A stretch of DNA of 63,864 nucleotides, filler included, from Choristocarpus tenellus KU-1152 (GCA_964200185.2; 14 parts of 14 records of this genome joined end to end with filler, not necessarily neighbours in it), one strand, 5' to 3'; counted from the whole stretch's first letter, positions 51,433 to 63,864 are shown. Notes: generated by a model from the sequence alone, not told the origin. Program-made: numbers and translations.

Positions 51433-53475
51433 ATGGTGTCTTTCCTTTGGTGGTGTACCATCCTGGTCCTGCTACAGGCTGTAACAGTTACGAACTTCAC
51501 GCTTAGCGCGACCAGGAGAGAGTCGACACAAGATAGTCACCACTTTTGCGTACGTGAAGCCAGGACTGAGCTAACTACTTTCTCACCCCAATTTATACTG
51601 GCTAAAGATCTCGGGAAGTATTTCGAACAGGGGAGGTGAGTACTACTAGCACTTAGTCGTCCACCGTACTTCCAGCCTTATTTCTCCGGGGGAGGGAAGG
51701 ATCGGAACGTACATGGCTAAGGTGCCGACCATCAAAGTATATTGCATTCCATGGTTGAAGTCGAAAAAGGTTAATGGCTTGCGCATGATTTTCTTGTTGT
51801 GCGTGTTAAGGTTTAACTGCAAACCATCTGAACGTTTCAATTTTTGCCCTTCAGGCTGTTCCATCCTCCTTACAGGACGGTTGCACTCGAGAATGTGACC
51901 TTAACCCTGGAGGGTCCTGGTCCCTTTGCTTTAGTTGGTGACAGTGGATCGGGAAAAAGGTGAGGTTTGAGGATGGCAGGCTGACTACCCTCAGATTATC
52001 CTATATTCAGCTTATTGATCCTGCTGATGCTTGGGGGCCTTCGTTCCATTCATATTTTGCAACTCTTCTATTACTCTTCGGGCTCATTGCCTCCTCAACG
52101 TGCTCGTACCTGCCAATATACCAACGGCAACATTGCAAAGTCGCTTTCAGTGAAGCTGTTCTAATTATCCAAACATGGGTGGTGGAATGATCTGAAAGAA
52201 ACAGTTATGGGGTAAGCCTTGTCAATTGTAGAGTGTGACCCAGCGCAAAAATATATTCTTCGGCGCCACTCGCGTCGGCTCCAAGTTGGGTAAGCACGTA
52301 GCGCGCACATCATTTCCTTTGTATTGCTTTGGTTAAGTGGATACTGCTCATAATGTAGTAGCAAGAGCACCCTACATATTTCCAGTTGTAGCCTTACCTA
52401 AACTGCCGCCTTGTTTTCTTTAAATTTCTCGCGACCCTTGTTCTGACCTTCATGCTGTAGGAAGAAGGAGTCCTCATCTGACCAAGTAGTAGTTGCAATC
52501 ATTCGCACTAACAACAGCATCAGGTAATGTTATTGTGCTGACATTCTGCATGCTGGGGCCTAGTGGAAGTAGCCTATGGACAGCTAACATCAAGACTTTG
52601 TATTGTTCTGCTGTGTCCACTCTCTGACAATGGTCAATGCTGAGACCGACCCCTGTAAAATGTTACCCAGCCTCGTGTTTGACGCCTAGTCTTCTGCTCA
52701 TGCACAATCATATTTGCACAAAAATCATGCCTAAACCCTCAGCACATTCCTGCGAATCCTGTGTGGCGAGATAAAACCCTCTAAGGGTCGTCTTTTAGTG
52801 CAATCAATGCTTGACGATGGTGCTGCAAGACAAGGAACTGAGTCGTCTATATGTACCCCACACGTCGGTGTGTACCTAGACCGAGACTCATTGCGTACCA
52901 TAGATCCGACTGAGACCGTTTCAGCATCTGTGGGTGCTGCTCTGAGTAAAAGATCACGAAGTTATCCGATTCTAGTGCCAGGGATGCCTGGGGTTTTGCA
53001 TGGCAAGCGCTCTCCAGCGTCTGATTTGACGGGTTTGGTTGATGAGGAAACAGATATGGAGGTAAGATGTTTGTTATGTGCAGTAGGACTGTTGGAGCTC
53101 AGAGAACAAAACTCTGGTGAGCTGTCTCGTAGTAACCTCTTACGCCTCCTGCTATGCCTTGGCTTTGCCAAGGGAAAGCAGTCGTTACAGCTTTCGAAGG
53201 TAGTAGCAACACCAGGGACGTTGGCTGGATTTGTTTTGTGTCTTGATGAACTCCTTGAATTCGAGGAAGCACCTGTTCGGGAGGATGTGGAGTGTATCTT
53301 ACAGGAGTTGTGCCGAACGAAGGGTGTTATTGTGCTGTCCGCAACACACAACATGAATCATGTGAAGGGACTTTTAGCAGGGGGGTGGGGCGGTAGAGTT
53401 GTGACTTTCTCGAAGGGGCAAGCCTTGGCAGTGACACCTGTAGAGGAATCAGTCTATGTTATTGAGAATGTCTGA
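51433..53475 (+). CDS. Stand-alone ABC-type ATPase with degenerate signature motif
   Basis: Exons 51433-51635, 51876-51959 and 52743-53475 join in phase to give LAKDLGKYF...VALENVTLTL...ALVGDSGSGKSTFLRILCGEIKPSKG (Walker A split by an intron). The signature position reads ELSRSN, Walker B is VLCLDE and the H-loop is SATHNM. The N-terminus is hydrophobic and signal-like. Confidence 0.9.
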
Positions 53476-55689
53476 GGTATTGTAGGGATAGGAGTTAAGA
53501 CTGATAGGATTGGGAGCTTTGAGTTTAGCTATAACAGTGAGTGGCTCATGTGGAATGCAGAGTATACATGACATGGGTTGGTGCTTTGGTTGAGGCGGAG
53601 GAGGGGAAGAATAATTTATACTGTCTTCTCTTGGAAGAAATGGAAGGTGTCGAACCTAGGAGCTTGCAAGAGGTTGAGTATGCACCCCTTGTTTGGAGGA
53701 TACTCTATGAACATGTGGGGCGAGGCTTTGAAGTTGTCGGAATGAATGGTACGAGTTCAAGCTGAGGATGATGGTCTTTGGGCATGATCAGTTTTGGAGT
53801 TGTGCAGTATATGGGGTACTCGTGATAGTAGGCAGTTAGAGGTTAGAGGTGACACAATATATCGATAGATGATATAGTAGATATATGCATAGGGTACGAG
53901 GAAGATACAAGCTTGGAAGATGGTCATCTCTGACCCAATGGACGTTGGTGAAAAATCTCATTTTTTCCTCGTGTTTTGACGGCTGTAATGAACGTATTCC
54001 TCATTTTCTGCGATTAACACTGGAGTCCATAAACAACCACAATTTCTACACAGTCCACTGTTTTGGAGGAGATTCAGGAAAACGTGTTATCTCATTGTTT
54101 TGTGTGTATGGTTTCTTTTGGAATGTATGCACCAGCCTTGGGCTAATTGTGTGTATAGGTACTGTTGGTATTACTCCAGTTTGCTTCTAAGTGTATGTGT
54201 GTATATGTATGACACATGCATTCATGCACATTGTACTTTACTATTATCATGCACATAAAATAAGTTGAATGGAACAATCCAAACAGTAGGAATGAACGTG
54301 AATGAAAGGATCCCTTAGACCACCAGCATCTACCCCGTTCAGACATCTAAAAGACGATCACCAACCACTCCCCGCTGCCTTAGCTGTGGGCGATGAAGGC
54401 AGCTATATTTTTTCACCCAACTGTTTTGAAACTGGCACTGTCTTTCGCACCACTATAAATGCTGTAGAGCATGGGTTTTGCCACAATGTTAAATAGTTCA
54501 CAAATTGTTGGATGTTCTTGAATAAGAAGTACTTTGAGGGAATGCTGTATGTACCTGGTATAATAACCCAACTGTTTTAGATATCCTGAGTCAAAGTAGA
54601 CACGAAATGATTCCTTGTTTGTTACCAAGAAGAGTATGGAGGGGTCGTACAACCCGCCTGACACCCTTTTCTTATCTCGTGTCTATCCCCCTCCCCTGAC
54701 TCCCAGTGAACACCTTGGTCCTGCTCGTCTGAGATGCCAACCATTCTCACTTGGATGAATATCATCAGCAGGTCATTATATAGTATGTGCAGTAAATAGT
54801 ATTGTTCAAATTAGTCTGAGGGGTCCCAAACTCTTGGTCCAAAGGTAGTCAGAGGGAAAGCAATGCACAAGGCTTCAGAAAATACAAAAAATCAATAGAT
54901 AATTATAGAAAGGAGTTTGTGAAAGAAGGAAAAATGTTGAAAATACTATGTATCAGAAAGACAATTAAGAGAAATCCAGGTACGATTCACTAGTCCTTGA
55001 TACTTGGGATGGAATGTCGTTAGTGACGCTACACATTACCAGGTGTCGTATGGGAAAAGGGAGAAAAAGTACACAGAAGAATTGAGGGTCATGCGAGGTC
55101 AACACAGTGCGAGCACCACTGATGACATGCCACACAACAAGGAAAGAAAGGGAATGAAAGAAGGATACTTGATGTTGAGATACAGTTAACCATTTGATCC
55201 AAAACTATTTTATTTTACTACAGACATGTTACTTCTACATCATTTCCATACATTAAATATAATAATGCTCTCCATATCTGCCTCCAACTGGTATATTGGT
55301 TCCTCGTATCATTAACCCTGATAACTATCCTCGATAGTACCAACACCCTTTCGCTCTCTGTAGACCAATTAAAACAAAAGAACGGAGGTACATGCTTTTC
55401 CCAGTCAACGTTTTGGAGGGCACACAAGGGTGTATGTACGCCATGTCTAATTTGGAGTGTCGGGAACGGAAACTACACTGTCCTCACGTAGCGTAGTCTC
55501 ATGTTCCACCAATCTACCACAATACTCACCATGCAACACTTCGACAACCATTTCGTCACAGTATGGCATCAATGAGATGACGCTGAAGTGAACTCATACT
55601 CAAAAAATATATATCCTAAACAGAAAAATACGATGGTTTGTACAGCAGCTTTTTAAAATTATTGCTATGATTATTACGATTATTATTAT

Positions 55690-57380
55690 TATGTTTGGCA
55701 TTTTGTAGATGTGTCAGGGGAAAAGCCAATCCAACATCATACAACCTCTAAAAAATTAACAGTAAACGAAAATGCGAAAGATCTATTTTATATTTGAATA
55801 CCAACTATGCTACAATTAATACACAATGTTTGTATTTATATTATTATGCCCTCTGACATTTTGCAGATGTGTCAGGGGAAAAACCAATGAAAACTATACA
55901 TATTATATTTTTATATTATTATGCCCTCTGACATTTTGCAGATGTGTCAGGGGAAAACCAATGAAAACTATATACATATGTNNNNNNNNNNTCCTCAACA
56001 TAAGAATACTGTAAGACAATGCGTGGAAACCACTAATCAGTTACTTCAGCACTATCAAACATATTATATCATTAGTGGCCCTAAAGAAATAAAATATCAT
56101 AAATGTGAAAAAACTATAAAACAATGTAAGTGTGAAAACCACCACTAATCTATCAGTCACTTCACCATTATCAATATTGTACTACTGTCTTCGTGTGCTT
56201 CCTATCTACCTACTCCTGCGCCCCGGGGGGGCATGTTTGTATCATGATTGTCATGATCATTACCATGATTTGTGGGATTGTTGTGATCATTGTGACTGTT
56301 ATCATTATTTTGACAATTATGATTATTGGAATTATTGACTGTTATTTCTATTATGATTATTGTGATTATTATGAGGGCTATAATTAGTGTGGTTATTATG
56401 ATATCTATGACTATTGCTATACAGAAAATATATATTAAAATATCAACAGAAAAGATGTATGTCAAAACATTTTTGTGTTGTGGATTGAGCGTCATTTCAA
56501 CAAGGTTCTTTTAAGTAACAAGTCCGTGAAATTCATTTTTTTATCCTATTCACACTAGCTTGTAACCAAAGATTCAAATTTCTATGAAATGTCACTTTTT
56601 GGTTTCAATGAAAAAGTCTGAATACAAAAGATTTTGTTATATTTTATTATTATGCCCTCTGACATTTTGCAGATGTGTCAGGGGGAAACCAATGAAAACT
56701 ATATGCATATGTGTATATAAAATGTCCTAAACATAAGAATACTGTAAGACTTTTTGTTATATCAGTGTTTGGGAATTGAGTCAGACAAGGATGTCAACTT
56801 TTGTATATAGGTTAAAAAATGTACCTCCATATTGTAGTTACATGTGAAATAACTGATCGTATTTATGGAGTTGGATCTTTGGGATATCAAGTTGAAGTTG
56901 TGGTTATTGGACAGTATGATTGGGTGAAGGTCTATTACATTACCAAGGTTAGTTGGGTGGTCTTCATTTAGGCATGTGTTGATGTAGGGGTGTTGAACTG
57001 GATGGTCTACTGCATGTTAAAGAAGCTGATGTTTCCAAGTGTTGTATGTATTTTTATTAGTATGCCCTCTGACATTTTGGAGATGTGTCAGGGGGGAAAC
57101 CAATGAAAACTCTGCACAACGTCAGTATAAGCTCTAAAGAAATAAAATGTCATAAATTTGAAAGACACTAATCCATTTGTTACTTCACCACTATGTTGTG
57201 CTACTGCCTTCCTGTGTCTCCAATGTACCTATACCTGTGACGCGGGGGGAGGAGCTAGGGAGGCATCCCAAGAATCCAATAAACCCCTCCGTGCCCATCT
57301 CCCTGGTGATTCCAGCTTAAAACGCATGACACGTCTAGACAGTGCCACTTGCATAATTACCAAGCAATTTGGCATAGCCG
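55690..57380 (+). repeat. Cluster of family C/D repeats with an internal low-complexity (ATT/GAT) tract
   Basis: Five copies of the CTGACATTTTGCAGATGTGTCAGGG core, one partial. Degenerate trinucleotide tract at 56240-56415. Confidence 0.85.
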
Positions 57381-57509
57381 GGATTGTATATAAATTAATT
57401 GATCAATTCTTTATTGGGTTGTGTGGAAAGCAGGTTTGTCTGTTGTTATACCGTTATTGCCGTATGACACATACCGTTAAACCAATTGAGGTTGTGTTCT
57501 GAGAACTTC

Positions 57510-58284
57510 AGTTCAACTGTGTGGAGGATATAATGGAGGTGGGAGACTCAACAGAGGCGACAGATTTCTTCGAGGGAGGGTGCAAAAATGGGTCTCTCCA
57601 CCTAGGGACCCACCAACAACTACAGGCAGAGATGCCCACAAGTGCGGGGGGTCTGGGCCTCTCCTCTATAAAACACTGCCAACATGCGGCTTTCGTAGGA
57701 TCACTGGTGGCTACTCTCCCCACCCTCCTAGCAACGCAGCAAGGGCATCACGGCGAGTCCTTCTCATAAGCTGTCTGCACAAGCCCTACAGTACAGACTT
57801 TAGGATTGTCCATTCACTTCCTCCTTTCCACAGGTATCCCCTCAGAAGACCTTGCAGAAATCATTGGCCAAGACTGGGTAACCTGGGGAGGAACAACAAC
57901 CCCTACATCTGCCGCAGAGGTACACATCCAGGCAGCTCATGACGCCAGGATCACAAGGAGGGCTCAACATGAGATCACACGCCTCCTCAACAGATCCGTT
58001 TTGACTCCTTCAGGACACAACTGGCCGGCCTACCCAGCAAAGCACACCAGGGGAAAGAAAGCTCCTCATTGACCCTAGCGTGCCACCGGAGCAAGTGTGG
58101 ACAAGGGCCAAACGCATGGGTCTCAGCACAACCTCTGGAACCAGCATGCCAGATCCCACTTCTAGATTTCAAGCTTACAGTCAGCAGATCCCTAGGGAGG
58201 GAGGAGGCCCTCTCAAACAGGTGCCCAGTGGCAGGGTGCAGGAGGCAAAATGTCGATAACAGACATGCCCGTACCTTCTCCAGG
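57510..58284 (+). mobile_element. CRE-clade non-LTR retrotransposon fragment (post-RT region to Zn-knuckle), degenerate
   Basis: QAEMPTSAGGLGLSS...AAFVGS, then G.GPNAWVSAQP...F...VSRSLG...CPVAGC...VD.RHA. These are motifs typical of CRE-like elements. Interrupted by stops and frameshifts. Confidence 0.8.
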
Positions 58285-58384
58285 NNNNNNNNNNNNNNNN
58301 NNNNNNNNNNNNNNNNNNNNNNNNNNNNTTAATTAATTAANNNNNNNNNNNNNNNNNNNNNNNNNNNNNNNNNNNNNNNNNNNN

Positions 58385-58518
58385 TATGAAAAGGTGTGTG
58401 CGCGACAAGGATATTGACACTTACTAAAAAACACGATAGTCAAAATTACATCAGAATCGGAACATTGCATTTTGATCCCCAAATGGACGTGGCTCTACCC
58501 TCTCAGATACTTTGGCTC
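58385..58518 (+). mobile_element. MITE family A, right half
   Basis: ...CAAATGGACGTGGCTCTACCCTCTCAGATACTTTGGCTC. Confidence 0.88.
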
Positions 58519-60385
58519 AACTGAATAATCGAACTGAAAGATATCCAGTATATTTGAAGACATTTCCTTTATGGCACCCTCTACAAGCCTGGTCTGCACC
58601 CTACAGGCTTATGGATTGGAGCTACATATCCCATCGTGGTAAGTATGCTGAGCGTTTTGTAACATAGCCAGGACCTACTTCCACTTAAGCCTGCTAGACT
58701 GCAGGCTTGCACTGCTTTCTCGACATAGATAAATGGGGATAGGGGCACTGTGTCATAGGTACATCACCCTCAAGAGTCTTCTGTGCTTCCATGATGGGCC
58801 TCCAGTAACTTTTTTTTTAACCCATCGCTTGATGATAGCAAATAAGAGGATAAACGAGGCAAAATGAGATATTGGGAAGAAAGGTTGAACATTGGAGGTA
58901 TGTAAGAGAGAAGCCGCGACAAATGACATGACAAGATTGATGAAGATAGCACATGTTTGAACATGAAGAAAAAGGAATGGGGTGTGTGTGAAAGAGAGAT
59001 GTCAGTACTTCGAATTATAAACACTTTGAATGGCATTTAGAACACACTTGTGCAAGGTTTGACAGGTGACAGGAAACTTCTTTCTAAGTTTCATGCCCCC
59101 TACAAGCGATCCCAAATGAAACGTGTGAACTACCAACAAGCCACTAAACATCATGCATCACTTTCCTTGCCTCCTCCTCGGTATCCTGCACATCTACTCC
59201 GAACGCTCCTTGGGCCGACTGGACTTTAAAGACGTGTCAACAGCTGGCTGGGCTGATTCCTTGGTATCTTTTAACGCTTCTCCCTCGTTGAAAGCTATAC
59301 CAGTCACATCCTCCAAGCAGCGATTTATGCAGTGATAAGGGTTACCTTGTAGTGAACAATCTTTAAGCGGACATCATTGGATATGTCTGTCTTATCACTT
59401 TATCTCACTGGCAGGCATTATATACACACATGTTGGCATTGGGGAGCATTTATCTACAGGTCATACATTACAGGCTCCAGTACATACACTACCTCTGTGC
59501 CAAACGTTTGTGCCGCGAAACATCTGGGTTCACCGAGCGAGAACGGCGCTGAATCGGATGATAAACCCATAGAAGGAAATTGGGTTGATAATCTCTGTTA
59601 CAGCGCACTCCAGAACTCACCTCCACAGGATGCGAAACTCAAATTCATCTACCTTAAAACGATGCTACGGGGGTCCACAGATGATGACCACGTATGATGT
59701 CAGTTGATACTTAGCTCAGTCGATGTCTCGCTTTTCGCCTTATCAAAAGAGGGTAAGGATCATAAGTACTGACTCGTGTGGTCAGCAACAAATCAGCCTA
59801 TCATTAACGTCATTCACCGTTTTTCTACAGCCAAAGAGTTAAATGACGTCTGCAAACTGCTTTATAAATACTCCAATCATAAATATTTATTCTGCAACTT
59901 TCAGGAATTGATATCTATTCTGTAAGGTTATGTATGCATTTCGAATCTTACTCTGCATCTTCCATCCTCTCAAAGTTCCTCTTATATGAATTCAAACGTA
60001 TGTATACTGTTCGCACATTTTGGCACACAGAAAGAAATGCTCATGCTATTCGCCTGTAACATGCCACCCAGCGTGAACTAGCGACACATGTTCACGCTTA
60101 CCATAGGCAATTGTCACCGGTGAAGGCAATGGATATCATCAATCACCTCAGACCATCCTGTGGCAAGGAGAAAGAAAGAAGAAAAAAAAACCCTGACTCC
60201 TACTAGGCCTAACACATATATCCTTATCTACTCGGAGAAATCTGTCTGCATCTATAGCCTAATCGGACCATACGTTTGCTCTTTTAAAAGTACAGCTACC
60301 ATAAGGTGCCAAGTATCATCTGCTTATTGCCTGTCTCATCTCAGCTTCCAGGAAAGGTGGGGGTCGAAGATCATCAGGTACAAAC

Positions 60386-61130
60386 TTGAGGTGCTTCAAG
60401 CCGTCGAAGTATGGGTCTTTTGGGGTGATTTTGAGACCAGAACTGGCACATCGAGGGTCAGAATGTCGGCATGGCAACCTCCCTGTCAGCACTCCCACTT
60501 GGAAGGGTGCCCAAGTATCCCTGAATACCAGGATTGCGCTTGCAGTGCAGTATGCCCTTGCGATGGTCCCTGGTGAGCATAAACTGCTGCAACATGTTGA
60601 GTCGACCCTCGCCGCGGAGTTTGGAGTGTCCAAGCGTTACATGCAAGGGCTCTGGGAGGACGTCATTGCTCAGCTCGCCCGTGGCCACAAGCTAGATCTA
60701 GGGGAGGCGGCACATAGTGGGCGGCCTTCGGAGCTCACACCGACCAAGGTGGTTGCAATACATAGTATCAACTCTGATAATCGGTCATCCACAGTGCGTC
60801 AGGTGACAATGAAGATGGCCGCCAAGGGGTTGAATTATAGGACGAGCACCACAAACAGGTGGTTGGATGATATGGGGGCCATGCCTAATCGCCACTGGAT
60901 CAAATCTAAGCTTGAATCATGGCAAAAGGTATGGAAAATGGACTTTATTTGTGATCAAGTGGACCGGAAACGTGGTGTGTATGCCTCCAGGGTGAACACG
61001 ATCCATGTGGATGAAGTCTGGTTTTATGTGATAGTTGATGGGGAAAGGTTTAGGGTATTTCCGCATGGGGTTGATAGCGACCTTCCAGGGTCCCCTACTG
61101 TGCAACACAAGAGTCATATCCCCAACACCA
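60386..61130 (+). mobile_element. Tc1/mariner transposase, N-terminal half (second copy), interrupted by a MITE
   Basis: HTH-like LAAEFGVSKRYM, SGRP, STVRQV, IHVDEVWFY (first catalytic Asp intact), KSHIPNT, then an abrupt switch to MITE A. Confidence 0.9.
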
Positions 61131-61196
61131 GAGTGAAAGTATCTTAGAGGGTACGAGTTTTGCCCTGTTTGTCTATTTGGGACTTGACTTCCCTTG
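61131..61196 (+). mobile_element. MITE family A, left end nested in mariner
   Basis: GAGTGAAAGTATCTTAGAGGGTACGAGTTTTGCC starts exactly where homology to 34621 onward stops. Confidence 0.9.
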
Positions 61197-61702
61197 NNNN
61201 NNNNNNNNNNNNNNNNNNNNNNNNNNNNNNNNNNNNNNNNTTAATTAATTAANNNNNNNNNNNNNNNNNNNNNNNNNNNNNNNNNNNNNNNNNNNNACCA
61301 CGCCTCGCCCACAAAAAAAAAACAGGAAAAGCAAACCCCCCCCAACAAAAAAAAAAAAACTCTAAAAAAAAAACACCCCCCAACAAACCCCAGGGCTGTG
61401 ACAAAAAGCCCCCCAGGTATGACTACGCAGAAACCACTCAGGACACGGTATGACTACGCAGCCAAATCAGCAATGCTGACAAAACTCTCCAATGATCAAC
61501 GTACGTATGTTCAAGAGCAAGGCAACAAACACCCCTACTAATGTACTCCAATACCTGACAGCCGTTGCCCTATAGCTCTTGCCCCCCCCCCTATGAAAGG
61601 GGAATGAATCATTCTAGAAAATGCTCCCGTCCCGCTTTTTTATTTATTTATTATTATTATTTATTGCCAGCTTCAGAACAATATCTGCAGCGTATCGCTC
61701 AC

Positions 61703-62555
61703 CTTGCCATGTATAGGGTAAGGAAGCACCCCCAACTTGCCCCCAAAGTGTTCAACTATCCCCTGCAGTCCAAGGCAGACCCCAAAAACCGGCACGTTCA
61801 AGTCCACCATCTGAAGGCGTGTGCGTGTGTGTGTGTGTGTGTTTTGAGGCAAAGAGTCGATTGAAATGAATGTGTAAAATTCGTTTAGATCCCCCCCCCC
61901 CCCATCTACGTTCACAGAGCGATTGATCCTCTGCCTGGGCGCTCTGGAGTACCAATTATTTCTGTTTTCACCTTTCAAATGGGTTAGGGTTAGGGTTAGG
62001 GTTAGGTCTTGCAACGAAAGGACCGGACAGGGGGCGGAGGGGGGGGGGGATACCCCTGAGGGAAAAAAACCCAACTCATATACACGACACTTGACTGCCC
62101 GTTTCACCAAAATAAGGAAGGAGATCACTTATCCCCAAAAAAACAACGTATAATAAGAAAACAGACACAAACCCAGGCGCTCTTCCGAGGTCAGCCCTTT
62201 TCAAGCAGAGCAGCAGACTTCCAAACACAAGCAAAACCTCTTCCCCCCCCCCTTCCCACCAAAGCGACTCTAGCACATGCCTACCTCCAGTATATACTCT
62301 CTACCATTCCCACCTCCTTTATTGTGCAGGAGAGATTGAAGTCCGTCGGGTTCCCTGGTCCAGGGGAGAGAACAACCAGGTCTGGGAAGGGCTGCTTACC
62401 CTTCCGCACCCCCCTAAGGTATGCTGTCAAGGGCCCCCCAGTGCGCACTGTGGTCACCTGAAGAAAAGAAATTAAAAACCATGGCCAAAGGAGGAGGAGG
62501 AGGAGGAGGAGGAGGAGGAGGTGTGCATTAAATAGGGACTCAAAAGTATCTGGAT

Positions 62556-62586
<31 letters not shown>

Positions 62587-62690
62587 CGGGCCCCCCGCCC
62601 GGGGGGGGGGGAAAAACCCCCTGTTTGTTTCTTGTTTTTCCCTCTTTTTCTCCCCTATTTTNNNNNNNNNNGGGCAAAAGGGAAGGAGGA

Positions 62691-62723
<33 letters not shown>

Positions 62724-63605
62724 TTAGGTAGGTCAGACCCTCAGCACTCGATGGGATAACTAACTCCCTTGCTGAATCTTGAATCTTCCCTTGAATCTTC
62801 ACAATTTTCAGGGTGAACTTGCCTAGGCCGTGGTCTGAACAGAGGGTTCTTACTCTGTGCACAGAATGAACAACTAACCCTAACCCTACCCATCGATAAC
62901 AATAACAATACAACAATACTAAACCTAACCCTAACCCTAACCTGAGGTACGTGCGCCTGCCTGTTTGCCTATTTTACGTACAGAGACTGGAATTAAAACA
63001 ATAAAAAGCATTACGCCCTCTGTACTGAAGAGAGGAGTAAATCAATTCAGAACAGACAAGCGTGGCCGGAAATGCCACAGCAACCAATCCACCTGATTGG
63101 TCAATCAGATCAGGTGAAAAAAAAAAAGTATTTATGCACCACATTGTACCCACTGACAACCAGGATGACCTCACACACACCTTACCTACTCCCCCCACCC
63201 CCCTTCCCCTTGACAGGCTACACTGCCACTACTTCAACCTCCAGAGTGAGCACGCCTTCCAGACCACAACCAAACGAATACGCCTGTCTGCTCATACAAG
63301 CCTTAACACATCTCGGGTTCACTTCTCAACCTAGCTGAGACACTTGCCTTCAATTCTTACGTTATTTTTATTGTTTATTTATTTATTTATTTTTTACACC
63401 GTACCATAAGATAAAAAATAAAAAAATAAATAATTTTTCATATACATATATAATAAAAATTGCATTACACAAACCACACACGCCTAATTACCTCAGCCCC
63501 TGTCTGTCGAAGGTAGTTTCCAAGTGTGTGCACAAACGAATCCTCATGGTCAACCACAAGAATGCTCTTGCCCACGCCTGTGCTAATGCTGGCCTTGAAC
63601 GCTTC
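61703..63605 (-). CDS. trpG: Anthranilate synthase glutamine amidotransferase domain (fused TrpEG type), internal exons
   Basis: Phase-0 exons 63605-63492, 62457-62314 and 61810-61703 encode [37 protein letters not shown] and [20 protein letters not shown]...P.HGK (class I GATase with catalytic Cys). Confidence 0.92.
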
Positions 63606-63864
63606 CTGAAAAGGGAGGGGGAGGGGGGGGGTGCGGAGAGGGCGTACGTAAGGACAGACATCTCCAACCTTGGAAGGCGTTATCTTGGGGGACAGACAGG
63701 ACACGCCTCCCGATTCAGGCTGCAACCTTGGAAGGCATGCACGCGAGCACACACGAATGAACTTAGCAATAGCAATACGCACCAGCCAGATAGACACACT
63801 GTTTTTTTGTTTTTTTTTATTCAGCAAATTTAGCATTCGGCCTGTATTATTTTTATTTTCAATA

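Noticed and set aside
56132-56514. Ile/Asp/Tyr-rich ORFs
   Set aside because: Degenerate trinucleotide microsatellite.
4102-61296. Regularly recurring palindrome TTAATTAATTAA, superficially CRISPR- or att-like
   Set aside because: Always centred in N44 blocks. It is an artificial six-frame stop linker.
61416-61461. Short direct repeats (GGTATGACTACGCAG x2; also 2764-2827, 37608-37655, 50845-51130)
   Set aside because: Only two units each. These are simple local duplications, not arrays.

Overview
Eukaryotic DNA with GT-AG introns, most consistent with a photosynthetic stramenopile such as a brown alga (inferred from gene content and TTAGGG tracts). The window is not contiguous. It is 14 contigs joined by 13 artificial 100-nt spacers (N44-TTAATTAATTAA-N44), so nothing can be inferred across spacers. 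Genes reconstructed by hand from splice sites and reading phase: an MLO-like membrane protein (partial), a Pro/Thr-stalk single-pass protein with a PPxY tail (partial), APC/C subunit CDC26 followed 37 nt later by an intronless 173-aa ORF, an Mpv17/PMP22 protein, a WD40 protein (partial), an unknown membrane protein (partial), mitochondrial ribosomal uS9, a 4xCCCH + DEDDh (REX1-like) exonuclease (partial), a stand-alone ABC ATPase with a degenerate signature, and the glutaminase domain of a fused-type anthranilate synthase (partial). Repeats: two DD39D-related mariner copies, CRE-like non-LTR fragments, a possible Sola-like transposase with Tudor-like domains, and two related MITE families (core AAAGTATCT, 4-bp TSDs). 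The top candidate for an undescribed system is a putative bicistronic CDC26-ORF2 locus. No AUG occurs in any frame between the two start codons, and CDC26 avoids AUG-creating synonymous codons at 8 of 8 opportunities, as expected for leaky scanning. This parallels plant CDC26-TTM3 but with an unrelated partner.
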